Source of the DNA: Sulfurospirillum sp.
GTDB taxonomy: Bacteria > Campylobacterota > Campylobacteria > Campylobacterales > Sulfurospirillaceae
Length of the DNA stretch: 39,625 nucleotides
Reading direction: 5' to 3'
Assembly: GCA_045047115.1 (NCBI GenBank)
Contig: JASFYR010000034.1
Span: 1 to 39,625, forward strand
Part shown: positions 19,451 to 28,603 of the stretch, piece by piece
How positions within the stretch are numbered: the first letter of the stretch is position 1
Layout of the letters: every line of letters starts with the position of its first letter
The notes under the pieces: generated by a model
Database searches by the model: none
Told to the model about the DNA's origin: nothing
The model's input: the letters and a program-made list of their open reading frames with translations, nothing else
Translations under genes and position numbers: made by a program

Positions 19451-22204
19451 ATGAGATTTAACAACAGTAAACAACTATTAAGACTTATGATTCTTATAGC
19501 CGTACTTAGTTTTATTTTAATTTCTGCCTCTTTTATATATGTTTTTACAACAAACTCACTGGAAAATTACAATAATTCTTTGCGTAATATAAATAAAATA
19601 TATAGCAACAGAGCCAAAATGGAAGCCCAAGACAAGATTCAAAAGTTGGTTGATTTCATTGATATATACAAAGGCACACTTGAGGAAAAAGCAAAGGAAT
19701 CGGTAAAGGAAAATGTTGATGCCGGTCTAGAAGTCATCAAAAGTATCTATAGGCAATTTAGCACTCTTCCAAAAAATATAATTCTTCAAAAAATTAGAGA
19801 CAGTCTAAGAAACAAGAGATATACGATACGAAGAGCCATAAATTTAGTAAAAACAAAAAATGAGAGTTATTCAACTTGGTGGTGGTATAAAATCGGTGAA
19901 AAAAAGATGAAAAAAAAGATTGGTTTTGTTGAGATTTTTAAGCCGCTTGGTATATTTATAGGGGCAGGAAGATATGAAGAAGATATCTTAAAACAGATCA
20001 AAAAATATCTCAAAAAATATCTCTCAACTTTGCAAAAAGACCAATTTGGCTACATTTTTGCTTATGATGTTTTGGACAATACTGTCATGGGTAATGGGGA
20101 TTTTAAAAATATCAACAGATGGAATGATGTAGTCCATGGAAGGCATATTGTAAGAGATGCCATAAGAGGTGCATATGCAAATCCTGATGGATTTTTTATG
20201 GATTATCTCTCGAGAGACGGAAAGAAAAGGATTTCTTATGTAAAATTAATTCCTGGTTTGAACTGGGTTATTGGTACACAAGTTCAAGATTACCATAAAC
20301 TGTATATAAAACAAAAAAAGATCATAAAAGAGGGTTTAAAACAAACTATATATAAAAGCGTGCTGATCTCCTTTTTGATTTTATCAGTTATGCTGACTCT
20401 GTTTTTGTTATTGTCAATAAAAATTAAAAAACTTTTTAAGAAACTAGAGCATACTGTTGAAAACAGAACTGTGGAGCTGATAGAGCAAAAAAATATATTT
20501 AAAAAACTTTTTGATACGGCATCTGATGGTATAGCACTCTCAAAAAACAGGAAAATATATGAATGCAACAGTTCGACCTTGAGAATATTTGAAGCGATAG
20601 ATAAAGATAGATTTTTACAATTAAAAACCAAAGATTACTTTCCTGATAAGCAAGGCAATGGTGAAAATTCTATGGAGTTGATAGAGAAAAAATTAGATAT
20701 CGCCAGAAAGGAAGGCAGAGTCGAATTTGAAATAATGGCAAAGACTCTCAATGGCAGAGACATATGGCTAAATATCGCAGCTACGCAGATTGTTTTACAA
20801 AATACACTGGCCGGTTATTTTGTTTTTAGAGACATAACCCAAAGGAAAAGAGTAGAAAAAAATTTGCAGATTCAACAGAAAAAGTTAATTTTTCAGGCAA
20901 AACATGATCCTTTGACTTCTTTGCCAAACAGAATGTTTTTGATGGATAGACTCTCGCAAGGCATAAAAAGAGCAAAAAGGGGAGGAAGGTGTCTTGCTGT
21001 TGCATTTATGGATATTGACAATTTTAAAATTGTCAATGATGCATTTGGGCACGATATGGGTGATTTGTTGCTTATCGAGATAGCAAGTGTTTTAAGAAGT
21101 ATGCTAAGAGTCACAGATACGGTTTCAAGAGTGAGTGGTGATGAGTTTGTCCTGATTATTGATGATTTAAGCTCTATTGATGACAATACAAGTATCATCC
21201 AAAAAATTGTAGATAGGTTTCAAGAGCCATTTTATATAAAAAACAACCCTTTTAGTATAACTTTTAGTATAGGTATCTCTATATATCCAAATGATGCGCA
21301 AGATGAGCAAGATTTATTAAAATATGCTGATATGGCGATGTATAGAGCTAAAAATAGCGGCAAGAACAGATATATTTATTATGATGAGAGCATGAATTCC
21401 AATGTTTTGGAACACATAAAGATAGAACAAGAGATAAGAGACGGTATGAAAAACGACGAGTTTATACTTCATTATCAACCTCAACTTGAAGTAAAAACAG
21501 GAAAAATAGTTGGATTTGAGGCTTTGGTTAGATGGCAACATCCCAGACTCGGGCTTAAATATCCGGATTATTTTATACAACTAGCCGAAAACAGCAGTCT
21601 TATGATACCTTTGGGTGAAGCTATATCTAAAAAAGCTATGCATCAAACAGCTTTGTGGTACGCCAAAGGATTGAATCCGGGCATCATGTCTATCAATTTT
21701 ACATCAAAGCAACTTGAAAGTAGTAACTTTTTTGAGAAATTGGAAGATTTACTTAAAGAGACGGGGTGTAGACCTGAGTGGATCGAAGCAGAATTAGTAG
21801 AGAGATATGTGATGAGAGATACCAAAAAAACTACTGATTTGCTCAGGTGTTTCAGAGATATAGGGATAAAAGTGGCGATAGATGATTTTGGGACGGGTTA
21901 CTCGTCACTTAGTTATCTAAAGTACCTTGAAATTTCAAAACTAAAAATTGATAAAGCATTTATAGACGAACTAGAAAATGATAAAAAAGACCAAGCTATC
22001 ACAAAGAGTATAATAGATCTCTCTATTGGTTTGGATTTGGAAGTTTTAGCAGAAGGCGTTGAGACTGAAAAACAGTATGAAATCTTAAAAGATTTAGGAT
22101 GCCAGATAATCCAGGGATACTACTTCTCTAGACCGATTAGCGGCGATGAAGCACAGAAATTACTGGCAGGAAAATCACAAGAAAAACAGCAGATACCAAG
22201 ATGA
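19451..22204 (+). CDS. Membrane-bound Cache-PAS-GGDEF-EAL protein (diguanylate cyclase/phosphodiesterase)
   Basis: Two TM helices flanking Cache-like domains, PAS ending RDITQRK, HDPLTSLPNR, SGDEF, EALVRW, DDFGTGYSSL, KID, AEGVE, QGYYF. Confidence 0.93.
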   Translation: MRFNNSKQLLRLMILIAVLSFILISASFIYVFTTNSLENYNNSLRNINKIYSNRAKMEAQDKIQKLVDFIDIYKGTLEEKAKESVKENVDAGLEVIKSIYRQFSTLPKNIILQKIRDSLRNKRYTIRRAINLVKTKNESYSTWWWYKIGEKKMKKKIGFVEIFKPLGIFIGAGRYEEDILKQIKKYLKKYLSTLQKDQFGYIFAYDVLDNTVMGNGDFKNINRWNDVVHGRHIVRDAIRGAYANPDGFFMDYLSRDGKKRISYVKLIPGLNWVIGTQVQDYHKLYIKQKKIIKEGLKQTIYKSVLISFLILSVMLTLFLLLSIKIKKLFKKLEHTVENRTVELIEQKNIFKKLFDTASDGIALSKNRKIYECNSSTLRIFEAIDKDRFLQLKTKDYFPDKQGNGENSMELIEKKLDIARKEGRVEFEIMAKTLNGRDIWLNIAATQIVLQNTLAGYFVFRDITQRKRVEKNLQIQQKKLIFQAKHDPLTSLPNRMFLMDRLSQGIKRAKRGGRCLAVAFMDIDNFKIVNDAFGHDMGDLLLIEIASVLRSMLRVTDTVSRVSGDEFVLIIDDLSSIDDNTSIIQKIVDRFQEPFYIKNNPFSITFSIGISIYPNDAQDEQDLLKYADMAMYRAKNSGKNRYIYYDESMNSNVLEHIKIEQEIRDGMKNDEFILHYQPQLEVKTGKIVGFEALVRWQHPRLGLKYPDYFIQLAENSSLMIPLGEAISKKAMHQTALWYAKGLNPGIMSINFTSKQLESSNFFEKLEDLLKETGCRPEWIEAELVERYVMRDTKKTTDLLRCFRDIGIKVAIDDFGTGYSSLSYLKYLEISKLKIDKAFIDELENDKKDQAITKSIIDLSIGLDLEVLAEGVETEKQYEILKDLGCQIIQGYYFSRPISGDEAQKLLAGKSQEKQQIPR

Positions 22205-22946
22205 TGCTTGCACCCGATGTTAAATCATATACATATGAAAAATAGAGCCCTGTTAGAGTAAATGCAAGTGAAAAGGCAGCAGATAGACTCATCATAGATG
22301 CCAGAGACGAGGAGAGTTTTTCTGCGATATATACAGGTATGGTCAGGAGTGCAATGACCAAGATGAGCCCCACTATCTTTATCGCAACAACTACGGTTAG
22401 AGCCGAGAGAATTAAAATAAGAGTATAAAAAAATCTTACATTTACACCTCGCAGAGCTGCATATTCACTATCATAAGAGACTGCCAAAATATCCCTGTAC
22501 CATACAATTACTACGGTTAAAATCACAAACAGCAGTATGGATATAAAGTAGAGATCATTTTTACCGACTGCCAGAATTGAGCCAAAAAGGTAGCTCATCA
22601 AATCCACATTGTATCCTGGAGTCAGATCAACAAAGATGACGCCAATCGCCATACCAACCGCCCAGATAAGTCCTATGAAAGTATCCATTCTGTTTCTTTG
22701 TTTCATGCTGATGAAAGCCAAAAGCAAAGCAGCACCTACTGCAAATAAAGAGGCGCCTAAAAATATAGGAATTCCAAAGTATATAGCCATGCCAATTCCG
22801 CCATATGAGGTATGTGCGATGCCCCCGGCTAAAAAAACCATACGGTTTACCACTATCAATGAGCCGATGATCCCAGCACAAATGCTAAGCAATACGCCAG
22901 CTATAAGAGCATTTTGGATGAAGTCATATGAGAGTGCATCTAGCAT
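22137..22946 (-). CDS. znuB: Metal (Zn/Mn) ABC transporter permease
   Basis: AGGIAHTSYGG, DLMSYLFGSIL, VGLILVIALLTIP; ATG 22946 overlaps the znuC stop region. Confidence 0.88.
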   Translation of the reverse strand: MLDALSYDFIQNALIAGVLLSICAGIIGSLIVVNRMVFLAGGIAHTSYGGIGMAIYFGIPIFLGASLFAVGAALLLAFISMKQRNRMDTFIGLIWAVGMAIGVIFVDLTPGYNVDLMSYLFGSILAVGKNDLYFISILLFVILTVVIVWYRDILAVSYDSEYAALRGVNVRFFYTLILILSALTVVVAIKIVGLILVIALLTIPVYIAEKLSSSLASMMSLSAAFSLAFTLTGLYFSYVYDLTSGASIILVSAVFLVIFLPVISVLHRR

Positions 22947-23695
22947 AGACAACTCTTTTGTGTTTTGTTGCCTAGCATATTTAAGAGTTCAACTTCGCAA
23001 AAATGTGACTTTTGGGTATCAAATTTTTTATTTTTGATATCTATATCATGCAGCACCAAAGTTCGATTGATATATGCTACTTTTGAGGCGTATTCAAGTA
23101 TGATAGATATATCGTGACTTACTACGACGACTGTTATGCTTTTATTGAGATTTTGAAGGAGTTTGTAGATATCTTTTTGTCCTTTTACATCTATGCTTGA
23201 GGTTGGTTCGTCAAACAGCAGTATTTTTGGATTTGCAAACAGAGCACGAGCAATCATCACTCTTTGTCTCTGCCCGCCTGAGAGTGAGCCTATTTTCTTG
23301 TTTAAAAATTCCAACATACCTACTTTTTCCAGGGCATTTTTTGCTTTAGTAAGTTCTTCTTTGTGATATCCTAAGAAAAATCTCTCTTTTGTGGTGTGCC
23401 CCATTAGTACGACCTCTATGGCTTTTATAGGAAAATCCGTATTTATGTTTGTATTTTGAGGAACATATCCGATTCTTTCCAGACACTCTTTAGAATCTAC
23501 ACCATCGATTTTAATACTCCCTTTCTGAATCTTGTTTATGCCTAGGATTAGCTTCAAAAGAGTTGATTTTCCACCACCGTTTGGACCGATTATAGCCAAA
23601 AAATCTTTTGGATAAATGTTCAGGTTTATATCTTTGAGTACGATCTGTTTTTCGTAGGCAAAAGAGAGATTTTCTATCTCAAGTGTCGGTTTCAT
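22940..23695 (-). CDS. znuC: Metal ABC transporter ATP-binding protein
   Basis: Walker A GPNGGGKST, LSGGQRQR, FDEPT, VSHD, C-terminal HFCEVE; start at ATG 23695 overlapping the znuA stop (ATGA). Confidence 0.9.
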   Translation of the reverse strand: MKPTLEIENLSFAYEKQIVLKDINLNIYPKDFLAIIGPNGGGKSTLLKLILGINKIQKGSIKIDGVDSKECLERIGYVPQNTNINTDFPIKAIEVVLMGHTTKERFFLGYHKEELTKAKNALEKVGMLEFLNKKIGSLSGGQRQRVMIARALFANPKILLFDEPTSSIDVKGQKDIYKLLQNLNKSITVVVVSHDISIILEYASKVAYINRTLVLHDIDIKNKKFDTQKSHFCEVELLNMLGNKTQKSCLC

Positions 23696-24528
23696 TTGGC
23701 TATTGCTTTGGCAAAGCTTATAAGATTCTCTTCCCATTTTGGATTTAAAGGGGTCGCTTTTATGACTTTGACGTGAAGTTCACGTGCTATTTGAGTAGCT
23801 ATTTTTGGTGAAAATTCAGGCTGGGTAAATATGGCTCTTACTTTTTGTTTTTTTGCAATTTTTATGATTTTTATCAAGCTTTTGGGTTTTGGAATTTTCC
23901 CCTCTATCTCTATAGGAAGTTGGATTAGATGGTACTCTTTTGCAAAGTATCCCCAGGCGGGGTGAAAAACCATAAATCTACTGTTTCTTGGAGTGTTTTT
24001 CAGTATATTTTTTATCTTTTTATCAACCATTTCTATGTGTAGGATAAAGTTCTGATAGTTTTTTGTATATATAGATCTGTTTTTGCTGTCTGTTTTTATT
24101 AGGGCTTTGTAGATATTTTTTGCTATTATTTTAATGTTTTCTGGACTGGTCCAAACATGAGGATCTTTTCCTCCGTCGTGTTGATTTTTTCCCTCAAATG
24201 TCGGCATTGCCTCTTTTTTTATCCCACTTGAGAGGTTTATAATGAGCATTTTTGAGTTTTGGTTGGCAAATCTTTTAAGCCAGGCATTTTCAAATTCTAC
24301 TCCTATGCTAAAGTAGATATCAGCTTTAGAGATTTCTCTCATTTGTGATGGCTTTGGCTCATATGTGTGAGGAGAATCTCCGGGTTTAACCATGGCCGTG
24401 ACATTTACCAGATTTTTACCGATAGCTTTGACAAAAGAAACTTCAGGCAACACACTGACTACTATATTCAGTTTTGCATATAAAAAAGTATTTAAAATGA
24501 GCAGAGAAAATATTATAGTTTTTAACAT
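23692..24528 (-). CDS. znuA: Metal ABC transporter substrate-binding protein (cluster A-I)
   Basis: SPHTYEP, DPHVW, FHPAWGYF metal ligands; signal peptide. Confidence 0.88.
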   Translation of the reverse strand: MLKTIIFSLLILNTFLYAKLNIVVSVLPEVSFVKAIGKNLVNVTAMVKPGDSPHTYEPKPSQMREISKADIYFSIGVEFENAWLKRFANQNSKMLIINLSSGIKKEAMPTFEGKNQHDGGKDPHVWTSPENIKIIAKNIYKALIKTDSKNRSIYTKNYQNFILHIEMVDKKIKNILKNTPRNSRFMVFHPAWGYFAKEYHLIQLPIEIEGKIPKPKSLIKIIKIAKKQKVRAIFTQPEFSPKIATQIARELHVKVIKATPLNPKWEENLISFAKAIAK

Positions 24529-24556
24529 AGTTGAATTATAATTTATATATACTTAA

Positions 24557-24573
24557 ATGCGACTTAGTCGCAT
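24557..24573. promoter_or_regulatory. Perfect 8-1-8 palindrome, candidate Zur/Fur-family operator
   Basis: ATGCGACT-T-AGTCGCAT, GC-rich within AT-rich DNA, over the predicted -35 region of znuA. Confidence 0.65.
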
Positions 24574-24628
24574 CATAAATAATGCTATAATTAGTCTTGA
24601 ACAAGTTCTATAATACAAGTAGGTACTT

Positions 24629-26014
24629 ATGGGTAAAACAATCTTTGATTTGTATAAAATTGGCATAGGACCTTCCAGTTCTCATACTATGGGACCTATG
24701 AAGATAGCCAAAGAATTTGTCGAAGAGGCATTAAAAAAGAATTTAATGCATTTGTGTTATAGTTTAAAGATTGAGCTTTTCGGCTCTTTGGGCGCTACAG
24801 GAAAAGGGCATGGGAGTGATTTTGCGATAGTGCAAGGTTTAATGGGAGAAGATCCCAAAACTATAGATATAGAAAAATCAAAATCAAAATTTATAAATGT
24901 TTTAAAAAAGAAAAAAATCAATCTCTTGGAGAGAAAAAAGATAGATTTTGATTTTAAAAAAGATTTGATATTGTATAAAAACAGAACACTCAGATACCAT
25001 CCAAATGCCATAAAGCTCTACATGTATGATGAAAAATCAACACTGCTGCTGGCCAAAACATACTATTCTGTTGGAGGCGGAGATATTTTGGATGAAGACA
25101 AGATAGGCAAAACAAGAAAAAAAGATAAAATCAAATTGCCTTTTGAGTTTTATTCTGCTGCTCAGCTTTTAGAAAAATGTAAAAAAAATTCATTTAAGAT
25201 AAGTGACTTGATGTTGGAAAATGAAAAGAGTATGAGGAGTGAAGATGAGGTAAAAAATTCCCTTGTTAACATATGGAAAGTTATGGAAAATTCCATCGAG
25301 GCTGGATGTCAGAAAAGTGGAATTTTGCCAATTACCGGTATAGAACGAAGAGCAAATAATATATATACCAGACTAAAAAATAAAGAGGGCTTTTCTATGA
25401 TAGACCCCCTGGAGGTGATGGATTGGGTAGATTTGTGGGCATTGGCTGTAAATGAAGAGAACGCTTGCGGAAATAGAATAGTAACTGCTCCAACAAACGG
25501 TGCAGCAGGGATAATACCCGCGGTAATCCAATATATGAATAAATTTTTAGGCTCGTCTTTGAAAGATTTTCACAGGCATAAAGTTGTAAATTTTTTGCTT
25601 ACTGCCGGGGCTATTGGTTTACTGTACCAAAGAAATGCCTCTATAAGCGGAGCAGATGTCGGATGTCAAGGCGAAGTGGGAGTTGCCTGCTCTATGGCAG
25701 CAGCCGGACTTGCAGAATCTATGGGAGGAACGATAGAGCAGGTTGAAAATGCTGCAGAAATAGGGATGGAACACAATTTAGGACTCACTTGTGACCCGGT
25801 AGGTGGGTTAGTGCAAATTCCTTGTATCGAGAGAAACGCGATGGCGGCAATGAAAGCTATAAATGCAGCAAGAATGGCACTAAACGGAGATGGAAAACAT
25901 TTCGTCTCTTTAGATAGTGTTATCAAAACTATGCTCGAAACCGGCAAAGACATGATGAGCAAATATAAAGAGACTTCGCTTGGCGGATTGGCTGTAAATA
26001 TAGTCGAATGTTGA
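24629..26014 (+). CDS. sdaA: L-serine ammonia-lyase (Fe-S, single chain)
   Basis: IGIGPSSSHTMGPM, GSLGATGKGH, VTAPTNGAAG, GCQGEVG, LGLTCDP, PCIERN, YKETS. Confidence 0.96.
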   Translation: MGKTIFDLYKIGIGPSSSHTMGPMKIAKEFVEEALKKNLMHLCYSLKIELFGSLGATGKGHGSDFAIVQGLMGEDPKTIDIEKSKSKFINVLKKKKINLLERKKIDFDFKKDLILYKNRTLRYHPNAIKLYMYDEKSTLLLAKTYYSVGGGDILDEDKIGKTRKKDKIKLPFEFYSAAQLLEKCKKNSFKISDLMLENEKSMRSEDEVKNSLVNIWKVMENSIEAGCQKSGILPITGIERRANNIYTRLKNKEGFSMIDPLEVMDWVDLWALAVNEENACGNRIVTAPTNGAAGIIPAVIQYMNKFLGSSLKDFHRHKVVNFLLTAGAIGLLYQRNASISGADVGCQGEVGVACSMAAAGLAESMGGTIEQVENAAEIGMEHNLGLTCDPVGGLVQIPCIERNAMAAMKAINAARMALNGDGKHFVSLDSVIKTMLETGKDMMSKYKETSLGGLAVNIVEC

Positions 26015-26041
26015 TTTTGGGTATAATTAGCCAATTTGTAA

Positions 26042-27055
26042 ATGGAGAAAGATTTGATTTTAAGTATAGAGAGTAGCTGCGACGACAGCTCTATAGCGAT
26101 AACGAGAATAGAGGACAAAAAGCTACTATTCCATAAAAAGATTTCACAAGAGCTTATGCATTCAAAATACGGGGGAGTGGTACCGGAACTCGCAGCAAGG
26201 CTTCATGCAACAGCACTTCCTAAGATACTTGAAGAGGCAAAAGAGTGGTTTGGCGATCTTAAAGCAATAGCCGTGACAAATGAGCCGGGTCTTAGCGTAA
26301 CGCTGGTTGAGGGTGTTGTGATGGCTAAGGCATTGGCCGTCTCTTTGAAACTTCCGGTATTGCCCATCAACCATCTCAGAGGGCATATATACTCTCTTTT
26401 TATAGAGAAAGATACTCTGTTTCCTATGGATATTTTGTTGGTTTCGGGAGGGCATACGCAAATCTTACATGTAGAGGGATATGAAGATGTGGAGATACTG
26501 GCAACCACACTTGATGATAGTTTTGGAGAGAGTTTTGATAAGGTTTCAAAGATGCTGGGATTTGGCTACCCAGGTGGTCCGATCATAGAAAAATATGCAA
26601 AACAAGGGAATGAGGGCAGGTATGCCTTTACTATTCCTTTGCAGAATTCTCCTAAAATTGCCTTTAGTTATTCAGGTTTGAAAAATCAGGTTAGGTTGGC
26701 TGTAGAAAATACTCAAGAGTTAAATGAGCAGGCAAAAGCTGATATAAGCTGCTCTTTTCAGAGGGTTGCGGTTAAGCACTTGATGCAAAAACTCAAAAAG
26801 ATATATAAAAAGAGAGATATCAAGCATTTTGGAGTGGTCGGGGGTGCAAGTGCAAATTTATATCTTCGTTCATGTCTAGAGGATTTTTGTCAGACAAAAT
26901 CGGCAACTTTGCATGTAGCACCTTTGGAATATTGCTCTGACAATGCAGCAATGATAGGAAGATGCGCAGTCGATGCCTATAAACTAAAAAAATTCAAAAA
27001 TTTTGATGAGATTAAAATATCCCCAAGAAGCCAATATACTGATAAAAAAGTTTAA
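26042..27055 (+). CDS. tsaD: tRNA N6-adenosine threonylcarbamoyltransferase TsaD
   Basis: [49 protein letters not shown]. Confidence 0.97.
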   Translation: MEKDLILSIESSCDDSSIAITRIEDKKLLFHKKISQELMHSKYGGVVPELAARLHATALPKILEEAKEWFGDLKAIAVTNEPGLSVTLVEGVVMAKALAVSLKLPVLPINHLRGHIYSLFIEKDTLFPMDILLVSGGHTQILHVEGYEDVEILATTLDDSFGESFDKVSKMLGFGYPGGPIIEKYAKQGNEGRYAFTIPLQNSPKIAFSYSGLKNQVRLAVENTQELNEQAKADISCSFQRVAVKHLMQKLKKIYKKRDIKHFGVVGGASANLYLRSCLEDFCQTKSATLHVAPLEYCSDNAAMIGRCAVDAYKLKKFKNFDEIKISPRSQYTDKKV

Positions 27056-27062
27056 TTTAGGT

Positions 27063-27155
27063 CCCTGACCCCTTTTTTAAACTTTTTTAAACTCTTTTTT
27101 AAACTCTGACCCCTTTTTTAAACTCTGACCCCTTTTTTAAACTCTTTTTTAAACT
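27063..27155. repeat. Tandem array of six units ending TTTTTAAACT; full unit CTGACCCCTTTTTTAAACT
   Basis: Unit lengths 19,10,12,19,19,12 ending at 27083, 27093, 27105, 27124, 27143, 27155. Confidence 0.9.
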
Positions 27156-27294
27156 ATGTATAAATTATGTTAAGAAAACTTTAAGTAATATAAAAAATAT
27201 TGTATACTGCTTCAGTATAAGAGCATTTGTAACTATTTTGAATTATAATTACATTAAGTTTTATAATTACATCAATTAGTAACTTTGCTATATA

Positions 27295-27350
27295 GGGGTA
27301 GGGCACTTGGGGAGACTTATTAGGTTTAGTGCCCTAAAACTTCTTTTTTC
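27295..27350 (+). ncRNA. Candidate small RNA or orphan terminator hairpin
   Basis: TAGGGCACT(27299-27307)...AGTGCCCTA(27328-27336) stem followed by AAACTTCTTTTTT; TATAAT boxes upstream at 27244 and 27262. Confidence 0.35.
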
Positions 27351-27380
27351 GTTGGGAATGGTTCTTCTAAAATTATTCTA

Positions 27381-28157
27381 CTAGTATTTTGGGAGTATCT
27401 CTATCTCTGTTTCGAGTAGTATGCCAAATTTCTCATAAACTCTTTTTTTAGCCAACTCTATAAGGGTTACAGCTTCATTAAATGTTCCACCACCTAGATT
27501 TATCAAAAAATTTGCGTGCTTATCGCTAAAAGAGATGTTTCCGATTCTTTTCCCTTTTAGTCCTGACTCATCGAGAAGTTTTCCTGCAAAACTGTTTGGA
27601 GGGTTTTTAAAGCAACTGCCTGCACTCGGAAGTCGTGGCTGATTGTCTCTTAGTTCTTTAAACATCTCTAAAAGTTCAGAGTCAAATCCAGATTTTATCT
27701 CAAAAATAGCTTCAAATATAGTTCCTTTGATATTTGCATATCTGTATCCAAACTCTATATCTTTTTTGTCTATCCACCCAAACTCGGTTTTTACAGCCAA
27801 AAGATGGTTAAAAATCTCCCACTCTTTTAATCCGGCATTCATCTTTACCATTCCGCCCAGAGTTCCGGGAAGCTTTTGCATAAGCTCAAAGTTTGCCAAA
27901 TTGTGTTTTTTAGCATAAGAGAGGATTTTTCCACTTTTAGTTGCTCCTCCTATGTGTAAAATTTCATCTTTTTGTTTCATAAATTCAAACTCTTTTCCTA
28001 ATATTGCCAGCTTTGGAGGATTTGGAGGCATTAGGAGATTATTTGCTCCTCCTATGATGAAAAAACCACTGCAGCTTTGTATGGTTTTTATGATCTTTAC
28101 ATCAATTTTTGGTCCTATTTTTATGCTGGAGTATGTTTGAAAATCTATCGTTTTCAA
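27381..28157 (-). CDS. murB: UDP-N-acetylenolpyruvoylglucosamine reductase
   Basis: IGGANNLL, LPGTLGGMVKMNAG, QPRLPSAGSCFKNP, KHANFLIN, LETEI; start TTG 28157 overlaps the fliQ stop (TTGA). Confidence 0.95.
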   Translation of the reverse strand: MKTIDFQTYSSIKIGPKIDVKIIKTIQSCSGFFIIGGANNLLMPPNPPKLAILGKEFEFMKQKDEILHIGGATKSGKILSYAKKHNLANFELMQKLPGTLGGMVKMNAGLKEWEIFNHLLAVKTEFGWIDKKDIEFGYRYANIKGTIFEAIFEIKSGFDSELLEMFKELRDNQPRLPSAGSCFKNPPNSFAGKLLDESGLKGKRIGNISFSDKHANFLINLGGGTFNEAVTLIELAKKRVYEKFGILLETEIEILPKY

Positions 28158-28420
28158 AATATAAAAGAGGGTATCATTGTGATGATTTTTGTGGTAAATT
28201 CTATCATCATATTCATCATCCAAGGCATTGTAAAGATGGCCACCACGATAACAAGTAGAATTTTCGGCACAAAACTAAGAGTCATCTCATTTATTTGTGT
28301 AGTCGCCTGAAAGATGCTTATAGCAAGTCCTGCAAAAAGTCCTGCCATAAGCATAGGCATAGATAGATACAGAGCCATTTTAAAGGTTTCGACTCCTAGT
28401 CCTATTAATTTTGCTTCCAT
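28154..28420 (-). CDS. fliQ: Flagellar export apparatus protein FliQ
   Basis: GLAISIFQATTQINEMTLSFVPKI...PWM. Confidence 0.97.
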   Translation of the reverse strand: MEAKLIGLGVETFKMALYLSMPMLMAGLFAGLAISIFQATTQINEMTLSFVPKILLVIVVAIFTMPWMMNMMIEFTTKIITMIPSFIF

Positions 28421-28428
28421 TTTTTTGT

Positions 28429-28540
28429 CCCCTTTTTTAGGGGCGAAGCCCCCAAAAAATTCCTCGCGACTGAAGCTTCACCGTTGGCGAGAAGTACTAT
28501 TTTATATACTGAAGCTTTGGCTGTCGCCAAGAAAATTTTT
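28429..28540 (-). promoter_or_regulatory. Structured fliQ leader: long imperfect hairpin plus competing anti-SD helices
   Basis: Arms about 28455-28480 and 28510-28540; GGGGC-N3-GCCCC at 28440-28452; CCCCU can alternatively pair with SD AGGGG. Confidence 0.55.
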
Positions 28541-28603
28541 CTCTTATATCGGAAGTGAATTCCGTAAAATTTTTTATACTTATACTTTAGATGCCGCTAA
28601 AAT

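Noticed and set aside
27063..27155. CRISPR array interpretation of the tandem repeats
   Set aside because: No unique spacers, units of 10-19 nt, and no cas genes.
27290..27340. c-di-GMP-II riboswitch resemblance (GGGCACTT...AGTGC)
   Set aside because: Upstream kink-turn and P1 elements are missing, and there is no downstream gene on that strand.
28158..28223. Extended murB N-terminus (MDDEYDD...) from the ORF track
   Set aside because: Lies inside fliQ; the TTG at 28157 overlapping the fliQ stop is more plausible.
28546..28572. Sigma28 promoter for fliQ (TCCGATAT on the minus strand)
   Set aside because: The -35 position reads AAAT, not TAAA; too weak to call.
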